Assembly: GCA_041486695.1 (NCBI GenBank)
Contig: JBGPLZ010000031.1
Location: 1-31,623, forward strand
DNA: 31,623 bases
Source of the DNA: Acidobacteriota bacterium
GTDB lineage: Bacteria > Acidobacteriota > Polarisedimenticolia > Gp22-AA2
Direction: 5' to 3'
Notes under the pieces: model-generated
Databases searched by the model: none
What the model was told of the DNA's origin: nothing
Seen by the model: the letters and a program-made list of their open reading frames with translations, nothing else
Made by a program: the position numbers and the translations under genes
Part shown: in pieces, positions 20,701-27,971 of the stretch
Numbering within the stretch: position 1 is the stretch's first letter
Layout: each line of letters begins with the position of its first letter

Positions 20701-21594
20701 CTGTCGATGTTCGGATGGTTCGAGATCCAGATGCCGCGCTTCCTGACCCGCCTCAGCGGCGGCCGGCAGGGGACCCTCGGCGCCTTTCTGATGGGCCTGA
20801 CGATGGGGATCGCTGCGGCGCCCTGCATCGGCCCGTTCATCGTGCCGCTGCTGGCCTTCGTCGGGGTCTCGGGGAAGCCGATCCTGGGCTTCTGGCTGTT
20901 TTTCGTGATGGCGATCGGGATGGGGGTGCCGAACCTCTTTCTGGGTGCCTTCTCCGGCGCCATGGCGGCGCTGCCGCGCTCGGGCATCTGGTTGATCTAC
21001 GCCAAGAAGGTAATGGGCGTGGCCCTCCTGGCCGTGGCGCTCTATTTCCTGCAGCCGTTCCTGAAGGATCGCTGGCTCGGCGTCATCGCGCTCGGCTTCG
21101 CCGCCCTCTCGGGGCTCTATCTCGGTTTCCTGGATCGCACCCGGGTTGCCTCCGGTTGGTTCCGGCCGGTGAAAATCGGCATCGGGCTTCTGGTCCTCTC
21201 CGCCGGGGCGTGGGTGGCCGGGCCGCTTCTCCGCGCCCGGCCGGAGGTCGACTGGCGTCCTTACTCGCCAGAGATCCTCGAAGCGGCCAGGGCGGCGGGG
21301 CGGCCGGTGATCATCGACTTCGCCGCGGCCTGGTGCCTGCCGTGCAGAGAGCTCGAGCGCTTCACCTTCACCGATGCCCGCGTGCTCGTGGAGGCGGAGC
21401 GCTTCGCGCTTCTCAAGGCCGATCTCACTTCGTTCGAAGCGGCGCCGGTGCGCGAGATCCGGGCGCGCTTCGAGGTCGTGGGAGTACCGACCATCATCTT
21501 CATCGACGGCAAGGGAATCGAGAAAAGAGATCTCAGGGTGTACGGTTTCGAGGCGGCCGCCCGGTTCGTCGAGCGCATGCGGCAGGTCCGGTAG
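17740..21594 (+). CDS. Fusion protein: signal peptide + DUF255/YyaL thioredoxin-domain protein (SPATA20-like, with (alpha/alpha)6-barrel region) + complete thiol:disulfide interchange protein DsbD (alpha, TM beta and thioredoxin-like gamma domains)
   Basis: The DUF255 signature '[47 protein letters not shown]' is present. The DsbD-alpha-like block is '[22 protein letters not shown]...[18 protein letters not shown]'. The DsbD-beta Cys sites are '[18 protein letters not shown]' and '[17 protein letters not shown]'. The gamma domain has '[15 protein letters not shown]'. Total length is 1284 aa, roughly YyaL (~680) plus DsbD (~600). Confidence 0.8.
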   Translation: MQESRFRIRPQWPAALLLGAVMSIAGLPAGPAAIRTGTAAPANSTNHLLGQTSPYLLEHLENPVDWYPWGDEALARARDEDKPIFLSIGYSACHWCHVMARESFSDEEIARLLNQSFVAIKVDREERPDLDAIYMDAVVLMTGGGGWPMSVFLTPDLEPFHGGTYLPREQFRALLTGIASTWKGNRDQALAVARQVRERLARPPTPPGPSGAVPAGTLVDGALVQWRASYDPVHGGFGGAPKFPSPQALQLLLRASRENRSAPALEMVTRSLEAMANGGLYDQLGGGFHRYATDAAWRVPHFEKMLYDNALLAPVYLEAWRATGRIEFRRVAEETLSWVAREMTDARGGFCASLDADSEGEEGRFYLWTTAEVRRVLGDRDAAFAIDYFGMSERGDLPGGRNVLHVRSAPPEFAPGHGMSDEAVRARVVDLRAKLLAARSSRPRPRRDDKILTAWNGLMISAYARAYALTGEVRYREAAARAARFAQDALLDRDGRVLAVFRPGGQVPLPGTLDDSAFLARGLLDLYDATSTRAYLEAAKRIVHDAERFLDRTAGGYFFTAEDRRHLIVRTKSFEDQALPSGNAVLLECQTRLARALGDPTLLQPVRRTLEIAGPALRAAPAGSAAMILAALQLDAPESAAPRPDAAAARALTISLLATPALAASPAPAAAPQPKGTDGTGGGDRIVPGAIVGRANAQKVVEASIAVPGGTVRPGQAVTLSLRLVIAPGWHINSSRPTLDYLIATRLAFPDPAAVRVEEIAYPEGSIVLLEFAQEKLSVYQGATTIRATVSLPPEAPPGRSVIAARLVYQACSDKTCLAPETIEFRIPVDVGGEPVMRTLSRVGESPSDIEAAGAPAGGNEGGAPPTGRGGGLESLLGQGQGGEGIQALLDRRGLLVLLSLVFLAGLALNLTPCVYPMMPITIGFFANQSLGSWGRRIGLPALYVLGMAVTYSILGLVAGLTGTLFGSTLQSPLITGGLVLIFVIMALSMFGWFEIQMPRFLTRLSGGRQGTLGAFLMGLTMGIAAAPCIGPFIVPLLAFVGVSGKPILGFWLFFVMAIGMGVPNLFLGAFSGAMAALPRSGIWLIYAKKVMGVALLAVALYFLQPFLKDRWLGVIALGFAALSGLYLGFLDRTRVASGWFRPVKIGIGLLVLSAGAWVAGPLLRARPEVDWRPYSPEILEAARAAGRPVIIDFAAAWCLPCRELERFTFTDARVLVEAERFALLKADLTSFEAAPVREIRARFEVVGVPTIIFIDGKGIEKRDLRVYGFEAAARFVERMRQVR

Positions 21595-21603
21595 AACGGC
21601 GGT

Positions 21604-21640
21604 GAACGCGACCCATGCGAATACTCGGACCGGCTCCTAG
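21604..21640 (+). repeat. Copy of a ~37-nt repeat family (gaacgcgacccATGcgaatactcggaccggctcCTAG) overlapping the thrC start codon
   Basis: 34/37 identical to the reverse complement of 23815..23851, and ~33/35 to 24058..24092. Confidence 0.6.
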
Positions 21641-22808
21641 CTGCCTCGACCGGCTCGAATGTTCGCTCTGCACAGCCGTTCGGCCGTTCGGCCCCGAGCC
21701 GGCGGGTCTGTGCACGTGCGGCGCGCCTCTCCTGGCGCGCTACCGGCTGGACGAGGTCCGGAAGGCGCTGCACCGGGAGGATCTCCGCGGGCGGATCGCC
21801 AGCCTATGGCGCTACGCCGAGATCCTCCCGGGGGTGACCCCGGTCACTCTCGGGGAAGGGTTCACGCCGCTCCTGCCGGCGAGCCGATTGGGCCGCGAGC
21901 TCGGCCTCCACGGACTCCTGATCAAGGACGAGTCGGTCAACCCGACCGGCTCGTTCAAGGCGCGCGGAATGTCGGTGGCCGTGTCGGTGGCGGCGGCCCA
22001 GGGGGTGAGGGTCGCGGCCACGCCTTCCGCCGGGAACGCCGGCTCGGCCCTGGCGGCCTATGGCGCGCGCGCCGGGCTCCAAGTGCAGCTCTTCCTGCCG
22101 GAGACGACCCCGCGGCCGTTCGTCCTCGAGGCGCGGCGGCTGGGCGCGCGGGTGCGGCTCGTGCCCGGCTCGATCGCCGACGCGGGGCGGGTGATGCGGG
22201 AGAGCCTGGGTCAGGGCGGGTGGTTCGACTTCGCGACCCTGCGTGAGCCGTTCCGGATCGAGGGAAAGAAGACGATGGGGTACGAGCTGGCCGAGCAATG
22301 CGGCTTCGAGCTTCCCGAGGTCGTCATCTATCCCACCGGCGGGGGAACGGGACTCATCGGCATGTGGAAGGCGTTCGACGAGATGGAAGCGCTGGGGTGG
22401 GTCGGCGGTCGCCGGCCACGGATGATCGTGGTCCAGGCGGAGGGTTGCGCGCCGATCGTGAGGGCCTTCGAGCGCGGCGCCGATCGCGCCCTGCCCTGGC
22501 CGAACCCCGAGACGGCCGCCTCGGGGCTCAGGGTTCCCGGAAGCCTGGGGGACTTCCTGATCCTGAAGGCGGTCCGGGAGAGCGGCGGAACCGCGCTCGC
22601 GGTCGCCGACCGTGAGATGATGGAGGGGTCCGCGCGGCTGGCGCGCCATGAGGGGATCGATGCCTGCCCGGAGGGGGGAGCGACGCTCGCGGCGCTGCTG
22701 CACCTGAAGCAGGAGGGGAAGGTGGGGGCCGACGAGAGGATCGTCCTCTTTAACACCGGCACCGGCCTGAAGTACTTTGATGCAGGACCGGGCATCGAGC
22801 CCGGCTAA
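21615..22808 (+). CDS. thrC: Threonine synthase (PLP-dependent, type with N-terminal Cys4 zinc-ribbon)
   Basis: 'LECSLC...LCTCGAPL' is followed by 'LIKDESVNPTGSFKARGMSVAVSVA' (PLP-lysine motif) and 'IYPTGGGTGLIG'. The start codon lies inside a repeat copy (see findings). Confidence 0.85.
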   Translation: MRILGPAPSCLDRLECSLCTAVRPFGPEPAGLCTCGAPLLARYRLDEVRKALHREDLRGRIASLWRYAEILPGVTPVTLGEGFTPLLPASRLGRELGLHGLLIKDESVNPTGSFKARGMSVAVSVAAAQGVRVAATPSAGNAGSALAAYGARAGLQVQLFLPETTPRPFVLEARRLGARVRLVPGSIADAGRVMRESLGQGGWFDFATLREPFRIEGKKTMGYELAEQCGFELPEVVIYPTGGGTGLIGMWKAFDEMEALGWVGGRRPRMIVVQAEGCAPIVRAFERGADRALPWPNPETAASGLRVPGSLGDFLILKAVRESGGTALAVADREMMEGSARLARHEGIDACPEGGATLAALLHLKQEGKVGADERIVLFNTGTGLKYFDAGPGIEPG

Positions 22809-22820
22809 AAGGAGGGGCTG

Positions 22821-23225
22821 ATGCGTCACCGAAGATTGACGGTCGGAGGAATCGCTGGCGCCGTTCTCGCCGGAGCGCTCCTGGCGGCCTCGCCGGCACC
22901 GAAGCCGACTCCCGCGCCCTCTCCGACCCCGGCGCCTGCTCCGACTCCGGCGCCCTCTCCGACTCCGGCGTCCTCCCCCTCGCCCTCTTCCGGACCGGGA
23001 GCGGCGCCCGAGCCCGCGGCGTCCCCCGCACCGGCACCACCGCTGCCGCGCATCATACGGACCGTCTGCACCGACCACATCTGCGGCAACTGCGATGGCA
23101 AGTGCCAAAAGAACGGCGGCCACGTGGCGGTCGACAAGAAAGGCCATTGCGCCTGCACTCCGACCGAGGGGAGCGCCCTCGACCAGGCCACGCGCCAGGC
23201 CTACGAGAAGAACCAGCCAAAGTGA
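22821..23225 (+). CDS. Small secreted protein: signal peptide, Pro/Thr/Ala/Ser-rich repeat linker, C-terminal Cys6/His3 mini-domain
   Basis: A strong SD (AAGGAGG) lies 7 nt upstream. The N-terminus 'MRHRRLTVGGIAGAVLAGALLAAS' is signal-like. '(PTPAPS)n' is encoded by an 18-bp tandem repeat. The C-terminus 'CTDHICGNCDGKCQKNGGHVAVDKKGHCAC' is Cys/His-rich. It ends with a TGA that overlaps the GTG of folE. Confidence 0.6.
   Translation: MRHRRLTVGGIAGAVLAGALLAASPAPKPTPAPSPTPAPAPTPAPSPTPASSPSPSSGPGAAPEPAASPAPAPPLPRIIRTVCTDHICGNCDGKCQKNGGHVAVDKKGHCACTPTEGSALDQATRQAYEKNQPK
22905..22976 (+). repeat. 4 x 18-bp tandem repeat (ccgactccggcgccctct-like) encoding PTPAPS units inside the small secreted protein gene
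   Basis: Four consecutive 18-nt units with 1 to 3 mismatches each are visible directly in the sequence. Confidence 0.7.
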
Positions 23226-23818
23226 GCCGACGACGTCCCGGCCCCGATCGGGCTCGCCTGCTGAGGGCCGCACGGCTGTTCGTCGCCGGCACGGGAGAGC
23301 GCGAGCTGCGTCGTGAGCTGACCAGGACTCCCGCGCGGGTGGCGGATGCCTGGAGCGCCGAGATCCTCTCCGGCTATCGCACCGACCCTTCCCGGGTTCT
23401 CGGGCGCCCCTTCCGGGCGCGGCAGCGCGGCATGGTCGTCGTGCGTGCCATCCCGTTCGTCTCGGTCTGCGTCCATCATCTGCTGCCATTCCATGGCACG
23501 GCCCACGCCGGCTATCTGCCGGATGGCCGCCTGGTCGGCCTGTCGAAGATCACCCGGGTCGTCGATGCGCTGTCGCGCCGGCTGCAGCTCCAGGAGCGTC
23601 TGACGCATCAGGTGGTCGAAGCGCTCGCCGCGGCGCTCGTTCCGCTCGGCGCCGCCTGCCGCATGGAGGCGGAGCACCTCTGCATGACCGTGCGCGGGGC
23701 GCGCAAGCACGGCACGCGCGTCGTCACCACCGCCTACACCGGTGCCTTCATGCAGAGCCCGGCGCTGCGCGCCGAGTTCCTGAGACTGTGCGCCGGCGTG
23801 CCGGCGCGCCGGCGCTAG
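23222..23818 (+). CDS. folE: GTP cyclohydrolase I (FolE, type 1)
   Basis: 'VCVHHLLPFHGTAHAGYLPDGRLVGLSKITRVVD...RLQLQERLT...EAEHLCMTVRG' matches the FolE catalytic core. The GTG start at 23222 overlaps the upstream stop (GTGA). The track ORF from 23102 overlaps the upstream gene and is probably too long. Confidence 0.85.
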   Translation: MSRRRPGPDRARLLRAARLFVAGTGERELRRELTRTPARVADAWSAEILSGYRTDPSRVLGRPFRARQRGMVVVRAIPFVSVCVHHLLPFHGTAHAGYLPDGRLVGLSKITRVVDALSRRLQLQERLTHQVVEALAAALVPLGAACRMEAEHLCMTVRGARKHGTRVVTTAYTGAFMQSPALRAEFLRLCAGVPARRR

Positions 23819-24092
23819 GAGCCTGTCCGAGTAATAGCATGGGTCGCGTTCGCGGCGCCGCGGGGTCGGCCGCGAGGCGCCGCGACGACCGCGATGTGAG
23901 TCATCGCGGAGGAGCGGCAACGATGCGGACGGTCCCGCGCCGCCACGAACCCGCAGGGCACGTGGGGATTGCGGCCCCATGCTTCGTTGATCGTCGTCAA
24001 CGATGCGACCACATCGTATCCTCCTCGCGCCTCGCCTGGGACTCGCAAGCCCCACGTGCGCGGCCCATGCTATTACTCGGACAGGCTCCTAG
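23815..24092. repeat. 278-bp element bounded by ~35-bp near-perfect terminal inverted repeats (candidate MITE, invertible segment or structured RNA locus) between convergent folE and accC
   Basis: The left arm (23815..23849, ctaggagcctgtccgagtaatagcatgggtcgcgt) and the reverse complement of the right arm (24058..24092) are identical at 33/35 positions. The CTAG at each end contains the TAG stops of folE (23816-18) and of accC on the minus strand (24089-91). The internal 208 bp has several short perfect hairpins, for example ccgcgatg-tgagt-catcgcgg. Confidence 0.55.
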
Positions 24093-24111
24093 GAGCCGGT
24101 CCGAATATTCG
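24089..24111. repeat. Partial inverted copy of the same repeat (ctaggagccggtccgaatattcg), abutting the right IR to form a long palindrome centred on CCTAGG; it encodes the last residues of AccC
   Basis: Its reverse complement 'cgaatattcggaccggctcctag' matches the thrC-start copy at 22/23 positions. Confidence 0.55.
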
Positions 24112-25642
24112 ACCGACGGCTGTGCATCAGGGCGCGCCGCCCGGCGAGGAGCCAGGGGCTGGCGACCGCACCAGGCTCGGAGGCCGCACTGGGCATGGAG
24201 ACCGACGCCCGCGTGCTCTCCTCGCTCGCCACGATCGCCGCGGCGATCACCGCCTCGTCCAGATCGGGGCCCGGCTCGAGCAGCGGCGCGATCAGCCGCG
24301 GCAACTCCCGATCGACGTACCCGACGTCGATCGCCCCATCCCGGAAGCCGGGATCGTTCATCACCTCGCGGTGGAACGGGATCGTCGTTTCGATTCCGGC
24401 CACCACGAACTCGTCGAGCGCGCGACGCATCCTGGCGATCGCCTGGCCGCGCGTCCGACCCCAGGCGACCAGCTTGGCGATCAGCGCGTCGTAGTACAGC
24501 GAGATCTCGTCCCCCGGGAGGAGGGCGGTGTCGACCCTGATCCCCGGCCCCGCCGGCAGGCGCAGCTCGGCGATCCGGCCGGGGCAGGGCCGGAAGTCGT
24601 GAGCCGGATCCTCGGCCAGGATGCGGCACTCGATGGCCCAGCCGCGCCGGCGGATGTTCTCCTGCCGGATCGACAGCCGCTTGCCGCGGGCGATGTCGAT
24701 CTGCTCGCGCACCAGGTCGTAGCCGGTCGTCATCTCGGTGACCGGATGCTCAACCTGGAGCCGCGCGTTGACCTCCATGAAATAGGGCTGGCCCGTGTCG
24801 CCCAGAAGGAACTCGACCGTGCCGGCGCTGAAGTATCCGGAGGCGCGCACCGCCTCGAGCGCCAGCGCTCCCATGCGCTCGCGCGTCGCCGGCGTGACCG
24901 CGGTCGAAGGGGACTCCTCGATCAATTTCTGGTGGCGGCGCTGCAGCGAACATTCCCGCTCCCCCAGATGGACCGCCTGGCCGTGGCGGTCCGCCAGCAC
25001 CTGGATCTCGACATGCCGCACCTTCTCGAGATACTTCTCGGCGTAGATGCCGTCGTCGCCGAAGGAGGCCTTGGCTTCGGACCGAGCGGCGCGCAGCGCC
25101 GCCGCGAGCTCCCCCGGGGCGTGGACGACGCGCATCCCCTTGCCGCCGCCACCGGCGGCCGCCTTGAGCAGGATCGGATAGCCAGCCTGGTCCGCGAAAG
25201 CCAGGATCGCGGCCGTGCCTGCGGGCCCGGTGGCCCGCTCGGTCAGCCCGGGGATCACGGGCACGCCGCGCGCCGCCATCCGGCGCCGCGCCTCAACCTT
25301 GTCTCCCATCGCCCGCATGGCCGCCGGCGGCGGGCCGATGAAGATCAGGCCCTGCGCTTCGCAGGCTTCGGCGAACGCCGGGTTCTCGGAGAGGAAGCCG
25401 TAACCCGGATGGACCGCGTCGGCCCTCATGGCACGGGCCGCCTTCAGGATCGCCTCGATGTCGAGGTAGGACGAAGCCGGCGGCGGCGGACCGATCGGCC
25501 GGGCGTCGTCGGCGAGGCGGATCGGCAGCGAGTCACGGTCGGCCTCGGAAAAAACCATCAGCGGCGTGAGGCCGGCGTCGCGGCAGGCGCGCAGGACCCG
25601 CAGGGCGATCTCACCGCGATTGGCGATCAGGATCCGCCGCAT
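24089..25642 (-). CDS. accC: Biotin carboxylase subunit of acetyl/propionyl-CoA carboxylase, with a ~60-aa Ala/Ser-rich C-terminal extension and no biotinyl (BCCP) domain
   Basis: 'MRRILIANRGEIALRVLRACR...', an ATP-grasp domain and the 'biotin carboxylase C' domain are present. The start is preceded by GAGGAG. The C-terminal tail 'AVIAAAIVASEESTRASVSMPSAASEPGAVASP...SNIRTGS' runs into the repeat. Confidence 0.85.
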   Translation of the reverse strand: MRRILIANRGEIALRVLRACRDAGLTPLMVFSEADRDSLPIRLADDARPIGPPPPASSYLDIEAILKAARAMRADAVHPGYGFLSENPAFAEACEAQGLIFIGPPPAAMRAMGDKVEARRRMAARGVPVIPGLTERATGPAGTAAILAFADQAGYPILLKAAAGGGGKGMRVVHAPGELAAALRAARSEAKASFGDDGIYAEKYLEKVRHVEIQVLADRHGQAVHLGERECSLQRRHQKLIEESPSTAVTPATRERMGALALEAVRASGYFSAGTVEFLLGDTGQPYFMEVNARLQVEHPVTEMTTGYDLVREQIDIARGKRLSIRQENIRRRGWAIECRILAEDPAHDFRPCPGRIAELRLPAGPGIRVDTALLPGDEISLYYDALIAKLVAWGRTRGQAIARMRRALDEFVVAGIETTIPFHREVMNDPGFRDGAIDVGYVDRELPRLIAPLLEPGPDLDEAVIAAAIVASEESTRASVSMPSAASEPGAVASPWLLAGRRALMHSRRSNIRTGS

Positions 25643-25700
25643 GGCATCTCCTCGGGCTGGCCGGCTGCGGGGGGCGGCCGCCGAACAGCCGCACCGGCTC

Positions 25701-27248
25701 CTAGAGCGGGATGTTCCCGTGCTTCTTGGGAGGATTGGTGTCCTTCTTGGTCCTCAGAAGCCGCAGGGCCTTGATCACCTTGCCGCGCGTCTGGCGCGGC
25801 TCGATCACTTCGTCGACGTAGCCGCGCTCGGCGGCGACGTACGGGTTGGCGAACTTCTCCCGGAACTCCTCGACCTTCTGGCGGCGGAGCGCCTCCCCGT
25901 CCCCGGCCGCCGCCAGCTCGCGTCGGTAAAGGACGCTCACGGCCCCCTCCGGACCCATGACGGCGATCTCGGCGGTCGGCCAGGCGAAGTTGAAGTCGGT
26001 GCGGATGTGCTTCGAGCCCATGACGCAATAGGCGCCGCCGTACGACTTCCGGGTGATGACCGTGATCTTCGGCACGGTCGCCTCGGCGAAGGCGTACAGG
26101 AGCTTGGCGCCATGCTTGATGATGCCGCGGTGCTCCTGGTCGGTGCCGGGCAGGAACCCCGGCACGTCCTCGAAGATCACCAGCGGCACGTTGAAGGCGT
26201 CGCAGAAGCGGACGAAGCGCGCTCCCTTGAGCGAGGCGTCGATGTCGAGCGTGCCGGCCAGCACGGCCGGCTGGTTGGCGACGATGCCGACGACACCGCC
26301 ATCCATGCGGCCGAGGCCGACCACCAGGTTCTTGGCGTAGTGCTCGTGGACCTCGAGGAAGGCCCCTTCGTCGAGCACGCTGCGCACGACATCCTTGATG
26401 TCGTACGGCTTGTTCGGTTCCTCCGGGATCAGCCGATCGAGCCGCTCGTCCTCACGGTCCGGGTCGTCGACGGGATCGCGGCGGGGCGGGTCTTCCATGT
26501 TGTTCGAGGGCAGATAGGACAGAAGCTCGCGGATGAGACCGAGTGCGGCGCGGTCGTCGGCCGCCGCGAAGTGGGCCACGCCACTCACCGTGGCGTGGGT
26601 CATGGCGCCGCCCAGCTCTTCCTTGCTCACCTCTTCATGGGTCACCGACTTGAGGACGTCGGGGCCCGTGATGAACATGTAGGAGGTCCCCTGCACCATG
26701 ATGTTGAAGTCGGTGATCGCCGGCGAGTAGACCGCTCCGCCGGCGCAGGGGCCCATGATCGCCGAGATCTGCGGAATGACGCCCGAGGCGAGGGTGTTGC
26801 GCAGGAAGATGTCGGCGTAGCCGCCGAGGGAAACGACGCCCTCCTGGATGCGCGCCCCTCCGGAGTCGTTGAGGCCGATGACCGGCGCGCCGACCTTCAT
26901 CGCCAGATCCATGATCTTGCAGATCTTGGCGGCGTGGGTCTCGCTCAAGGAACCGCCGAAGACGGTGAAGTCCTGGGCGAAGATGAAGACCGGCCGGTCG
27001 TCGATCGTGCCGTGTCCAGTGATCACCCCGTCGCCCGGGATCCGCTGCGACTCCATCCCGAAGTCGTTCGAACGGTGGACCACAAAGCGGTCGAGCTCCT
27101 GGAAGGACCCGGGGTCGAGCAGGAGCTCGACCCGCTCGCGGGCCGGCAGCTTTCCCTCGGCCTTCTGGCGCTGCAGACGCTCCGCTCCGCCGCCGGCCTC
27201 GGCCTCCCGGTTCCGGCGCCGCAACTCCTCGAGCTGATCGTTGGCCAA
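25701..27248 (-). CDS. Acyl-CoA carboxylase carboxyltransferase (beta) subunit, propionyl-CoA carboxylase beta / methylmalonyl-CoA carboxyltransferase family
   Basis: '...[11 protein letters not shown]...' together with the two crotonase-fold carboxyltransferase halves ('[19 protein letters not shown]', '[10 protein letters not shown]') identify it. Only a TTG start is available in frame after the upstream stop, so the start is uncertain. Confidence 0.8.
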   Translation of the reverse strand: MANDQLEELRRRNREAEAGGGAERLQRQKAEGKLPARERVELLLDPGSFQELDRFVVHRSNDFGMESQRIPGDGVITGHGTIDDRPVFIFAQDFTVFGGSLSETHAAKICKIMDLAMKVGAPVIGLNDSGGARIQEGVVSLGGYADIFLRNTLASGVIPQISAIMGPCAGGAVYSPAITDFNIMVQGTSYMFITGPDVLKSVTHEEVSKEELGGAMTHATVSGVAHFAAADDRAALGLIRELLSYLPSNNMEDPPRRDPVDDPDREDERLDRLIPEEPNKPYDIKDVVRSVLDEGAFLEVHEHYAKNLVVGLGRMDGGVVGIVANQPAVLAGTLDIDASLKGARFVRFCDAFNVPLVIFEDVPGFLPGTDQEHRGIIKHGAKLLYAFAEATVPKITVITRKSYGGAYCVMGSKHIRTDFNFAWPTAEIAVMGPEGAVSVLYRRELAAAGDGEALRRQKVEEFREKFANPYVAAERGYVDEVIEPRQTRGKVIKALRLLRTKKDTNPPKKHGNIPL

Positions 27249-27293
27249 GCTAGAAACCTGTCCGGGTATCGGGACGGGTCACGGTGGGGCGCC
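27249..27293. repeat. Degenerate copy of the repeat family filling the tal-pccB intergenic spacer
   Basis: 'gctagaaacctgtccgggtatcgggacgggtcacggtggggcgcc' aligns with 'gctaggagcctgtccgagtaatagcatgggtcgcgttcgcggcgcc' (23814..23859) at about 32/45 positions. Confidence 0.4.
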
Positions 27294-27956
27294 TCAGGCT
27301 TTCCGCGAGTTCTGCGGCAACTTCTCCCAATCGGCCAGAAACTTCTTCAGGCCGAGGTCGGTGAGAGGATGCTTCAGCAGGCTCTCGAGGACTGAAAACG
27401 GCATCGTGGCGATGTCGGCGCCGATGGTGGCGGCGTCGATGACGTGGAGCGGGTTGCGGATGCTGGCGGCCAGGATCTCGCACTTGAAGTCGTAGTTGTC
27501 GAAGATGGACCGGATCTGGCGCACCAGGTCCATGCCGACGTGGCCGATGTCGTCGAGCCGGCCGAGAAACGGGCTGACGTAGGAGGCGCCCGCCTTCGCC
27601 GCCAGCAGCGCCTGCGGGGCGGAGAAGATGAGGGTGGTGTTGATCCGGATCCCCTCCGATGACAGGGTCCTGATGGCGCGCAGCCCCTCGCGGATGAAGG
27701 GGATCTTGACGACCACGTTCTTGGCGACCTTCGCCAGATCGCGCCCCTCCCGGATCATCTCGTCGGTCGTCACGCTGACCACCTCGGCGCTCACCGGGCC
27801 GGGCGCGACGACGGCGCAGATCTCCTTGAGCGCCTCGATGAAGTCCCGGCCCTCCTTCGAGACCAGGCTCGGGTTGGTGGTGACGCCGTCGAGGATCCCC
27901 CAGGAGTGGGCCTCCCGAATCTCCTTGATGTTGGCCGTATCGAGATAGATTTTCAT
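27294..27956 (-). CDS. Transaldolase / fructose-6-phosphate aldolase family protein (short ~220-aa type)
   Basis: '[13 protein letters not shown]...GVTTNPSL...VVKIP...' carries the conserved Schiff-base Lys region. Length and motifs match FSA/TalC-type enzymes. Confidence 0.85.
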   Translation of the reverse strand: MKIYLDTANIKEIREAHSWGILDGVTTNPSLVSKEGRDFIEALKEICAVVAPGPVSAEVVSVTTDEMIREGRDLAKVAKNVVVKIPFIREGLRAIRTLSSEGIRINTTLIFSAPQALLAAKAGASYVSPFLGRLDDIGHVGMDLVRQIRSIFDNYDFKCEILAASIRNPLHVIDAATIGADIATMPFSVLESLLKHPLTDLGLKKFLADWEKLPQNSRKA

Positions 27957-27971
27957 CGCCGCCTCCGGCTC

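Noticed and set aside
23788-25774. Plus-strand ORFs 23788..24540 and 23969..25774 (the first preceded by GGAGGAG inside the IR-bounded element), and minus ORF 23815..24048
   Set aside because: Their GC3 bias is weaker than in genuine genes of this window. They run antisense to accC or lie within the repeat element. Their apparent start or SD is part of the repeat unit itself. They are noted only as the reason the repeat 'translates' to ...TRTGS*.
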